From assembly GCF_963921235.1 (NCBI RefSeq), contig NC_086109.1, positions 28,212,001 through 28,276,000 of the forward strand: a stretch of 64,000 bases of DNA, given 5' to 3'. Origin of the DNA: Mobula hypostoma. Its lineage: Eukaryota. A program made the position numbers and the translations under genes. The notes beneath the pieces are model-generated. The model worked only from the letters and a program-made list of their open reading frames with translations, did not search any database and was not told the DNA's origin. How positions within the stretch are numbered: position 1 is the stretch's first letter; the number at the start of each line of letters is the position of its first letter. Positions 37,101 to 48,014 of the stretch are shown here, one piece after another.

Positions 37101-38121
37101 TGGAGACAGACCTCTGCTATCCTACCCCAACAGAATTTGAGGAAATTTTACTCACATCTTAATTTAATTAGAGTGTGTTGCTAGAAAATAAAGTCAGCAA
37201 ATGACACAGTTGGCTCAAGGAAACAGCTTAACTATTTTATATATACATATATAATTATTGTGATTCAGATTTTTTCTATATTTATCATGTATTGCATTGC
37301 ACTGCTACAGCAAGTTAACACATTTCATCACTTATGCCGGAGATATTAAACCTGATTCTGATTCTGATTCTGATCCTTTTCCAGACAATAACCAGATGAA
37401 GATTTAAAAAATGATCATTCAGCTTTGTAGGAGCCATGCATCTGTTCTCAATCCACATTGTATTCTGTGTTGCGTTTTTAAGATGTTTATTAAGGGAACT
37501 AGTCACATGAGTGGGGGTGCGGTAAAAGTGAAGGGAATAAATTATGTATTCGTGCTTTATTCTGGACAGTGTGAAGCTGGGAGGCCGACGGATGTCACAT
37601 CTTTTGCTGACAGCTCGATTACGTTAAAATTCATCCCCCTCATCCCTCCCCACTGATCTCCCTCCCGGTACTTAACCTTGTAGGCAGAACAAGTGCTACA
37701 CATGCCCTTACACTTCCTCCCTTACCACCATTCAGGGCCCCAGGCAGTCCTTCCAGGTGAGGCAACACTTCACCTGTGAGTCGGCTGGGGTGATATACTG
37801 CGTCCGGTGCTCCCGAAGTGGCCTTCTGTATACTGGCGAGACCCGACGCAGACTGGGAGACCGTTTCGCTGAACACCTACACTCTGTCCGCCAGAGAAAG
37901 CAGGATCTCCCAGTGGAGACACATTTTAATTCCACGTCCGATTCCCATTCTGATATTTCTATCCACGGCCTCCTCTACTGTAAAGACGAAGCCACACTCA
38001 GGTTGGAGGAACAACACCTTATATTCCGTCTGGGTAGCCTCCAATCTGATGGCATGAACATTGACTTCTCTAACTTCCGCTAATGCCCCACCTCCCCCTC
38101 ATACCCCATCCGTTATTTATT

Positions 38122-38124
<3 letters not shown>

Positions 38125-38158
<34 letters not shown>
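38125..38158. repeat. (TA)n microsatellite in the PLE 3' UTR
   Basis: Direct read. Confidence 0.95.
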
Positions 38159-38161
<3 letters not shown>

Positions 38162-38400
38162 TTTTTCTCTCCTTTTTCTCCCTCTGTTCCTCTCACTATA
38201 CTCCTTACCCATCCTCTGGGCTTCCCCGCTCCCCCTTTCTTTCTCCCTAGGCCTTCCGTCCCATGATCCTCTCATATACCTTTTGCCAATCAACTGTCCA
38301 GCTCTTGGCTCCATCCCTCCCCCTCCTGTCTTCTCCTATCATTTTGGATCTCCCCCTCCCCCTCCCACTTTCAAATCTCTTACTAGCTCTTCTTTCAGTT

Positions 38401-38436
38401 AGTCCTGACGAAGAGTCTCGGCCCGAAACGTCGACT
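38401..38436 (+). ncRNA. Minimal type-I hammerhead ribozyme (PLE-associated)
   Basis: agtc-CTGACGA-agagtctcggccc-GAAA-cGTC-gact; helix I agtc/gact; palindromic ACGT helix III. Confidence 0.8.
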
Positions 38437-39833
38437 GTACCTCTTCCTATAGATGCTGCCTGGCCTGCTGCATTCACCAGCATTTTGTGTGTTATGCTAG
38501 AATTTGCCTAGTTTCGTCACTCCAAGATTGTATGTTTGCTAATTGCTAATAAAGGATCGAATACATATCTTTGACTTTGGACCAATCATTACTGGAGCTG
38601 AGGGTGGGTCATGCAAGCATAACAAGTCCTTGGGGTTGCCGCAGTGACAATTGTTTTGGTTAGATTTGGCTGCTGCAAGCTTATTGTGTCTGCGTGAGTC
38701 ATGACACACCCATTGTATTCTTCCCACACATTATCCTCAACTACCCCCACGCATATTTCTGTCTTGCAAAGGGATATTAAATAATTTCTATTTATACCTT
38801 TGTTTTAACTTTCTCAGAGGATATTATTAATTTCAAATCCACATTCACTTCTTAGTCATGAGGTGTGCCTGTCAAGCTAGTACAGTAGGTATTCACATGA
38901 ACTATTAAAGGCATCACAGTTGGATTCTAAAAGCCAGTGACAAAATCACTGAACAGACTGACTACAGGATTTATCACTGCAATCAGGCCATATGCCAATT
39001 TGGAATGATAGTAAGAGGCCATCAAAGACAGATGTCAAGCTTTATCCTTCATAAATTATTTCATGATAAATTACTCATGGTTGCTATGTGTAGCTGGGTT
39101 CACAACTGACACTGTGAGAAGAAAACCATCCGGACTGGATAATATGAATTTAATTGTGAGTACCAAAACATGTACGTTTTGTGCACATATTATTCATAAA
39201 AACATTTTACCATGAATTTATGACCGAGCTGTAACAGTTGACAATGAAATTCATCAAGTTTCTATTCATCCATTGCCACTTAGCTCCAGGAATACTTCAC
39301 CTCCTGGAAATGTGTAAGCCATGGCTGTGAAATGAGCCAAGAGTTGTTTTACTGAAGGCCAACCACTGCCAAGTTGTATTTTGCATAAGGCCCACAGCAT
39401 TTTGTGCAGTGGAACAAGCCTCGCGAGACTCGTGATTCATGTGATAAGCAAGGCTTTGCTCCATCCTTTAGAAAACTGGTTAGGGAAGTTTGCTGGTTGT
39501 CACAGTGAGTGAGAATCTGGTGTGGGGTGGGAAGGATTGGAGCATCAGTAATGGTGGCTGGAATCAGATCTGCAAGGTTTAGTTTGGTGGCAAGGTTGAG
39601 GGGACAGGTCATTATCAATTACTGGGTGGGTCACGAATTAGAGTGCAGGATGTTCCGAGTCACAGTTAATCTGAGTGGTAGGTGCTTAAGGAAGAGCCAA
39701 AATGGGAATAGCTGTTTTACCTATATGGATCTTTGCTGAAAAATGTTCTGAATCTTAGATTGGTTCAGGCTAGTCTCATTTAATTTTCATCAAAGCATGC
39801 TTCAGATTCATAAAACAATACACAAAAAATATT

Positions 39834-39966
39834 AGAACATAGAACGTAGAAAACCTTCAGCACAATACAGGCCCTTTGGCCCACATAGCTGTGCCGAACA
39901 TATCCTTACCTTAGAAATTACCTAGGGTTACCCATAGCCCTCTATTTTTCTAAACTTCATGTACCT
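39834..39966 (-). mobile_element. CR1/HER1 tail fragment inserted into a PLE-tail SINE
   Basis: tagaacatagaacgtagaaaacc...; the host repeat resumes at tgtactggaggaactcagc. Confidence 0.8.
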
Positions 39967-40325
39967 TGTACTGGAGGAACTCAGCAAATTAGCCAGCATT
40001 TATGGGGGTGGGGAAATAAACTGTTGATATTTTGGGTTGAGACCCTTTATCAGAACTGGAAAGGAAGGGGGTAGAGGCCAGAATAAGAAGGTGTGGGGGG
40101 GGGAGAAGATGTACAAGGTGGTAGTTAGGAGATGAAACCAGGTGAGTGGGATGGTGGGTGGGGATGAAATAAGAAGCTGGGATCTGATAGATGGAAAAGG
40201 TAAAGGGTTAAGAGCAGAGAGTAGACTATGGGGGAAAGGGTTGGAGGAGGGGCACAGAGAGAGGTGGTAGACAGATGAGGAGAGGAGTGGGGTGAGAGGA
40301 ATGGCAGAATGGGGAATGGAACACA
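39967..40325 (-). mobile_element. PLE-tail-derived SINE with decayed hammerhead
   Basis: Minus strand cagttCTGATAAagggtctcaacccAAAAtatcaacagt; polypyrimidine UTR like 38090-38400. Confidence 0.7.
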
Positions 40326-41651
40326 GGCTTCATAGTGACTCACTTCGGCAATGGCCTCAGCACACACACTGAAAATTAAATTTGTAGAGGTGGCACCCAA
40401 ATTTGCACAGCATCACATCTTTGTAGCTCCTTCATTATTTGGCCACATGCAGAGGAACTGATTTTGTGTTCCTCATAGTAAACCTCCAATCTTTTGTTAG
40501 CTATCATTTTATGTAAGAAATTCACATAAGTAATTCAAATGTAAGTAATTGACACCATGAGATACGATTTTAAAGGCCCAAGTGCCTCGCCGTCTTAACT
40601 TCCTTTCCAAATTACTCCTAAATCCAAGCTCCATAACAAAATTTCACTACATTCCTTGAGGAATATAATATATGAAAATTGTTATTCACAAACCTTATTT
40701 CTACAACTCATCTGAGAAAAGACTGATGGATAATTCTATTTTTATGAAGTAGTTACTGAACCTAATTTTAATTTGTCAGATTTCTCATTCAATTATGACT
40801 TACTTTTTTGTAAGTTCTGTTGTTTTTTAATGTAAACTGAGAGAGCATCAAAATCACATTATCATAGACAGACCTCAGCAAGCACTAAAGTTACACAGCA
40901 GTGAACAAAGTCCTTCAGTTCACAAGCTACCAAAATCCTCTGCAGTTTTTTGGCAGTCATTTAACTTGTGGGTGCTTCTGAATACAAATTGATTTAATTG
41001 GAAATGCAATCCGTGCTTATGTGTGCACATAACACACATTCACGGAACACAATGGTACAGTATGTATCATTTTCCCAAATGCAAGTTTAAATTTCACTTA
41101 CAACATAGAAGTCACACTGGTTCCAGGAGATGCATACCAGCAGTGCAATCCAATCGGTGTCTTTACTCCTTCCTTAATTCCCTGTCTTCTATTCTTTCTC
41201 ATAAGTCCATCAAGGTGCCCTTTGATCCTTATACCACTTACCTATACTAAAGGGGTAATTCATAGTAGTCATTTCCATTTTTCCTATTTCCGTATGACAT
41301 AGAAGGAGGCTTTTTGGCCCTTTGAGTCTGTGCTGGCTTTCAGAGCAATCTGTTTGCCCAACTAATCCTCAATGTTACCTGTTCTCCCCACACTCCCGTC
41401 AACACCCCCCAGATTTTACCAGTCACATATGCATGTGAGATAATTATCTGTGCTCAATTAATCTAGAAACTTGCAAGTGCTTAGAATATGGGTGAAAACC
41501 AGAGCTCCTGGATGAAGCAACTGTAGTCAACTCTATACAGATAGCAGCTGAGGACTGAACCTAGTTTAGGAAATCAATGAGGAAGTAGCCACTGTACTGC
41601 CCATAATGGGTACCAGAATCTCGATTAATCTATTAGCACATCTTTGAGATT

Positions 41652-44160
41652 TAGAACATAGAATAGTACAGCACAGTACAGGCCCTTCGGCCCACAATGT
41701 TGTGCTGACCCTCAAACCCTGCCTCCCATATAACCTCCCCACTTTAAATTCCTCCATATACCTGTCTAGTTGTCTCCTAAACTTCACGAGTGTATCTGCC
41801 TCCACCTCTAACTTAGGCAGTGCATTCCATGCACCAACCACTTTCTGAGTGAAAAACCTTCCTCTAATATCCCCCTTGAACTTCCCGCCCCTTAACTTAA
41901 AGCCATGTCCTATTGTATTGAGCAGTGGAGCCCTGGGGAAGATGCGCTGGCTATCCACTCTATCTATTCCTCTTATTATCTTACACGCCAGGCAACATCC
42001 TGGTAAATCTCCTCTGTACCCTTTCCAATACTTCCACATCCTTCCTCTAGTGAGGCGACCAGAACTGGACAGAATACTCCAAGTGCGGCCTAACCAGAGT
42101 TTTATAGAGCTGCATCATTACATCGCGACTCTTAAACTCTATCCCTCGACTTATGAAAGCTAACACCCCATAAGCTTTCTTAACTACCCTATCTACTTGT
42201 GAGACAACTTTCAGGGATCTGTGGACATGTACCCCGAGATCCCTCTGCTCCTCCACACTACCAAATATCCTGCCATTTACTTTGTATTCTGCCTTGGAGT
42301 TTGTCCTTCCAAAGTGTACCACCTCACACTTCTCCAGGTTGAACTCCATCAGCCACTTCTCAGCCCACTTCTGCATCCTATCAATGTCTCTCTGCGATCT
42401 TTGACAATCCTCTACACTATCTACAACACCACCAACCTTTGTGTCGTCTGCAAACTTGCCAACCCACCCTTCTACCCCCACATCCAGGTTGTTAATAAAA
42501 ATCACGAAAAGTAGAGGTCCCAGAACAGATCCTTGTGGGACACCCCTAGTCACAATCCTCCAATCTGAATGTACTCCCTTCACCATGACCGTCTGCCTTC
42601 TGCAGGCAAGCCAATTCTGAATCCAGCTGGCCAAACGTCCCTGGATCCCATGCCTTCTGACTTTCTGAATAAGCCTACCATGTGGAACCTTGTCAAATGC
42701 CTTACTAAAATCCATATAGATCACATCCACTGCACTACCCACATCTATATGCCTGGTCACCTCCTCAAAGAACTCTATCAGGCTTGTTAGACACAATCTG
42801 CCCTTCACAGAGCCATGCTGACTGTCCCTGATCAGACCATGATTCTCTAAATGCCTATAGATCCTATCTCTAAGAATCTTTTCCAACAGCTTTCCCACCA
42901 CAGACGTAAGGTTCACTGGTCTATAATTACCCAGACTATCCCTACTACCTTTTTTGAACAAGGGGACAACATCCGCCTCCCTCCAATCCTCCGGTACCAT
43001 TCCCGTGGACAACGAGGACATAAAGATCCTAGCCAGAGGCTCAGCAATCTCTTCCCTCACCTCATAGAGCAGCCTGGGGAATATTCTGTCAGGCCCCAGG
43101 GACTTATCCATCCTAATGTATTTTAACAACTCCAACACCTCCTCTCCCTTAATATCAACAAGCTCCAGAACATCAACCTCACCCATATTGTCCTCACCAC
43201 CATCAAGTTCCCTCTCAATGGTGAATACCGAAGAAAAGTATTCATTGAGGACCTCGTTCACTTCCACAGCCTCCAGGCACATCTTCCCACCTTTATCTCT
43301 AATCGGTCCTACCTTCTCTCCTGTCATCCTTTTGTTCTTCACATAATTGAAGAATGCCTTGCGGTTTTCCTTTTCCCTACTCGCCAAGGCCTTCCCATGC
43401 CCTCTTCTTGCTCTTCTCAGCCCCTTCTTAAGCTCCTTTCTTGCTTCCCTATATTCCTCAATAGACCCATCTGATCCTTGCTTCCTAAACCTCATGTATG
43501 CTGCCTTCTTCCACCTGATTAGATTTTCCACCTCACTTGTCACCCATGGTTCTTTCACCCTACCATTCTTTATCTTCCTCACCGGGACAAATTTATTCCT
43601 AACATCCCGCAAGAGTTCTTTAAACATCGACCATATGTCCGTAGTACATTTCCCTGCAAAAACATCATCCCAATTCACACCCGCAAGTTCTAGCCTTATA
43701 GCCTCATAATTTGCCCTTCCCCAATTAAAAATTTTCCTGTCCTCTCTGATTCTATCCTTTTCCACGATAATGCCAAAGGGCAGGGAGCGGTTTTCACTGT
43801 CCCCCAGATGCTCACCCACTGAGAGATCTGTGATCTGACCCGGTTCATTATCTCGTACTAGATCTAGTATGGCATTCCCCCTAGTCGGCCTGTCCACATA
43901 CTGTGACAGGAATCTGTCCTGGACACACTTAGCAAACTCTGCCCCATCTAAACCCTTGGAACTAATCAGGTGCCAATCAATATTAGGGAAGTTAATGTCA
44001 CCCATGATAACAACCCTGTTATCTTTGCACCGTTCCAAAATCTGCCTCCCAATCTGCTCCTCTGCATCTCTGCAGCTACCAGGTGGCCTATGGAATACCC
44101 CCAAAAGAGTAACTGCTCCCTTCCTGTTCCTGACTTCCACCCATACTGACTCAAAAGAGG
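41652..44160 (-). mobile_element. CR1/HER1-type LINE, 5'-truncated (about 2.5 kb)
   Basis: (TTCTATG)n tail, long ORF2, small deletion near 41985 relative to the 48152 copy. Confidence 0.95.
42047..44140 (-). pseudogene. CR1 ORF2 (partial APE endonuclease plus reverse transcriptase), 697 uninterrupted codons then a premature stop
   Basis: VIMGDINFP, LGDSENR, YMDFSKAFDKVPH, GVPQGSVLGPLLF, FADD; CAC-TAG where the other copy has CAT-TAT. Confidence 0.92.
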
Positions 44161-44285
44161 AAGCAAATGGAATAATCAGAAGAAACCCATACGGTCACAG
44201 TGAGAATGTGTAAACCCCACTCAGTCAGCACATGGATTCATGATCAAATCCAGCTTCCAAGTGTTGTGGAACACCACCACCAACT

Positions 44286-44695
44286 CGTCATGGTAGCTAT
44301 CCCTCAAGCTCGAGGATGATGGTCTTTGTTCTGAAGAAGTGGCCTACAGAGTGAAGATGCCTGTGCGTGTATTTGTTTAATGTGTACTTGATGTTGCACT
44401 CCCAGAAGCACATGATACTTCACAAGTCAACCAACTGATTCCAATGGCATGGAAACCACGACGATAGGAGCTGATGGATTTGTTGCAGCCTTCATCCGGC
44501 TTCACAGCCATTGAGTTCGAAGTAACTTCATCCGCCCGTTCCACCGTTGAGGTCTTGGTTGGATTGTTCTTTGTCAGGGACCTCACCCTCGACCTTACCA
44601 CCATGGGTGACCATACCAGGGTCATAGCTCCAGATGGCATTGCTCTCGGGATCACAGGACCACACAAGCTTCTCCACCACGACAAGGTGACAATC
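44286..44695 (-). mobile_element. RTE-derived SINE, family A, copy 2
   Basis: Homologous to 7347-7760; decayed TSD caccaccaact / cactgccaact. Confidence 0.85.
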
Positions 44696-45218
44696 CACTG
44701 CCAACTGCTGTATCACCTATGTTGTTTAAAAAGATTATTTAACAACAATGCTTTGACTACTTGCCTGGAGACTGGATTTTTCATGCTATTTTTAATGCAC
44801 TAATTACTCATTATTAGTAGCATTAATACTGAAGTGGTCATCATGCAAATGTAAAAAAAAACTGGGACAGCCTTAATTTAAGAGACTGATGTAATGGTTT
44901 ACTCCCATTAGGAAGTTTTAAAGCTTTGCCTGAATATTTCACAGATAATTTTACTCATTGGGCCTGTATATTTCACAGACACTTGCTCACTGGACAGGCA
45001 GCAAGAGCAGCATTCATCTACTGACTCCTGGGAAATGAGCCGATGTTATTAAAGGCCTCTCTCTCCATTGCAGCTGAGATTGAAAATCCCATGTTGAAAT
45101 ACAGAGACAAGAGGTGATAACGCTGTAATGACAAGGCCTACAAAAGAGAACAAAGAAGCCAACAGAAGTGGTGGGGTTACAGCCCAGTCCATCACAAGCA
45201 AAGCCCTTCCACCATTAG

Positions 45219-45861
45219 ATCAGATTATGAGGACACGCAGTCCTCTTTTATTGTCATTTAGTAATGCATGCAGTAAGAAATGATACAATGTTCCTCCAGT
45301 GTGATATCACAGAAACACATGACAAACCGACTTAAAAACTAACAAAAAACACATAATTATAACACATAGTTACAACAGTGCAAAGCAATACCGTAATTTG
45401 ATAAGAACAGACCATGGCACGGTAAAAGTCGCAAAGTCTCTCGAAAGTCCCATCATCTCACGCAGACGGTGAACCTCCAGTGCCGCCAATTTGCCAATGC
45501 AGCATCCCGGAAGCATCCGACCACAGTCCGACTCCGAATCCATCCGAAAACTCCGAGCCTCCGACCAGCTCTCCGACACCGAGCAGCGAGCACCATCTCA
45601 GCTGAGCGCTTCGACCCCGGCCCCAGCAACAGGCAATAGGCAAAGCCGAGGATTTGGGGCCTTCGTCTCCGGAGATTCTCGATCGCACAGTAGCAGCGGC
45701 AGCGAAGCAGGCATTCCAGAAGTTTCTCCAGGTGCTCCTCCGTGCTTCTCACAGATGTCTCCATCAAATCCAGATTGTGCACGGCCCCCTAGTTACACAT
45801 ACGGTATTCATTCGGAACGGCTGGCGCGCTGCATTGCGTCGGCATCTTCTCCTCCCTCCCT
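45219..45861 (-). mobile_element. CpG-rich non-autonomous retroelement inserted in a Rex1 fragment
   Basis: 5' gggagggaggagAAGATGCC, tail ...gacaataaaag...aatctga; ATTAG on both flanks; Rex1 sequence continues on either side. Confidence 0.65.
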
Positions 45862-45894
45862 ATTAGGCACATCTACAGTGACCACTGCTACAAG

Positions 45895-46232
45895 AAGTAT
45901 CAGAATCAGGCTGAAACATGATGTGAAATTAGTAGTTTGGAGGCAGCAGTATCTAATGATAAAAGCTATAAGTTACAATAAGAAGTATATATTAAAAAAT
46001 AATTAAATTAAGTAGTGCAAAAAGGGAGGAAAATATACTGTGGTTGCATTCTTGGTTTCATTGTCCACTCAGAAATCTGATGGCAGAGGGGAAGGAGCTG
46101 TTACTGAAGTATTGAGTGTGTATTTTCAGGATCCTGTACCTCCTCCTTGATGGTTGCAATGAGAAGAGAGCATGTCGTGGGTGATGGGTATCCTGAACAA
46201 TGGATGCCCCCTTTTTGAGGCAGACCTTGCAG
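45895..46232 (-). mobile_element. Rex1/Babar 3' fragment
   Basis: KKGASIVQDTHHPRHALFSLQPSRRRYRILKIHTQYFSNSSFPSAIRFL. Confidence 0.8.
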
Positions 46233-47391
46233 GAATTGGTGAAACTTGCCAAGTAGAGCCCACATAGGCCATTTGGTCATGGACTAACATGTCTGGGTGG
46301 CATAGTTTCAGGTAAGGGATGCTTCAGGCTCCTTCACGTGTTAACACATCTGATTCACAGTGAACTTAATATACATTGGACTCAGCACAAGTCTCCAACA
46401 AGTTTTGCCCTCAATTAAATTGCTACTACAAACATACGTGTTCAAAATAATTACACTTAACATGGTTAATTTAAAACAACACCAATCCAATTTTAAGTAT
46501 ATCAAGCCTTACCAGGTTAAGTATGCAGAATGTAATATTTTCCACAAAAAAGCCCACATACAAAGCATTATTTTAGTGCATTATCTGCGCGATTCCCAAT
46601 AGACACCAGCTAAAAATAACATCCTTTCTTTCATTAGCATAGCTGTCAAATGCAGAATGAGCAAAAGCTTCCAAAAATATTAAGGCATAGAATCACTAAT
46701 ATATTCATTCAAGAATTATACAATATATAGAATTAATAAATGTATAGAATTTTTAAAAACAATTAAAAATGACCTTTAAGCAACTTTGTGCTGAGGTGAT
46801 GAGACTTGAGCAGGATATTTAAAGAGGAATGTCTTTGAAAAGATGCTTTCTTTGTTATTTGAAACGAATCACTAAGTGTATCTCTATGGGAGGCACCTTA
46901 GCAACTGATAATACCAATAAACTCTACAAAGGAATTGTAAGAATGAAATAATGTGTGCTTGGATAAATTCAGATTAATTGTCGCTGTGATCTTTTAAAAA
47001 GCTCATAGGCTAGATGATTTTTGTAGTACAGTGAGTTGTGATCTGGAATGCACTGCTTGAAAGGGTGATGAGAGCTTTTTCTATCACTTTCAAAAAGAAA
47101 CTGCATAAGTACTTGCATTTGAAAATTAGGGGCATAGTAAAAGGAGAGGGAATTGGTGCTAATAAGACTCCTTCAAATAACTCATGTAAAAATGATGAAT
47201 TGAATGCCTTCTTCTGTGCTGCGATATAATCAACTGTTTGGACCCTATGCCCCTCTGCATGCCTTTGAGTTAAATTTTCAGGATTTCAATAAGCATCACC
47301 TTCTCTTATCTTTAATCCCTAAAGATGCTACCTAAAAAGAGTTGGCTTAAGAAAAACATCCCTATCATTTCCTTTATTTTTTGAAAAGATC

Positions 47392-47682
47392 TACTATGGT
47401 AGGGTAGCAGTTAGCATAATGCTATTACAGCTCGAGGCATCAGAGCTTGGAGTTCAATTCCAATGCCAGCTGAAAGAAGTTCGTCCGATTTCCCCATTAC
47501 TACGTGGGTTTCCTTCAGCTGGTCCGGTTTCCTCCCACATTCCAAAGATGTGTCAGTTGGTAGGTAAGTTAGTCATTGTAAAGTGTCTTGTGATTACACT
47601 AGCATTAAATAGGTGGGTTGCTGGACTGTGTGGTTTGCTGGGCAGGTAGGATCTGTTCCATGCTGTATCTCTGAATAAAACA
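47392..47682 (+). mobile_element. tRNA-derived V-SINE/HE1-like SINE
   Basis: A/B-box-like head (ggagttcaattcc), core gtgggtttcc...ggtttcctcccacattccaaaga, aataaa tail. Confidence 0.7.
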
Positions 47683-48014
47683 AAATTTTAAAAAAGTGAC
47701 AAACAGAAATGTCTTCATGTTCCACTGTTAACTCACCGAGGCGGTTTAACAGAATGATGGTGACAATAATAGCAGAATATAGCCCTCAGTGACGAAATCG
47801 GATAATTGTAGAATAAATTAAGATAAACCGAAGTTTATATTGAAAGCACCTTTGGCAAGAAATTTCTTTAAAAGTAATACAGCTTCAAATTATGTATCAC
47901 TTTATATCTATTGAATTATGAATTGGAATCTTGAATCTATCGTAGCAAAATCAAATCAATTTAATTAATTTTAATTGTGAAAACTGCAATTAAATATTTT
48001 ATTTACTGAATGAT

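Larger units (their letters stand above)
37629..38493 (+). mobile_element. Penelope-like element 3' fragment (GIY-YIG endonuclease, 3' UTR and hammerhead)
   Basis: FTCESAGVIYCVRCSRSGLLYTGETRRRLGDRFAEH...LEEQHLIFRLGSLQSDGMN; possible decayed TSD ttacgttaaaatt / ttatgctagaatt. Confidence 0.92.
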
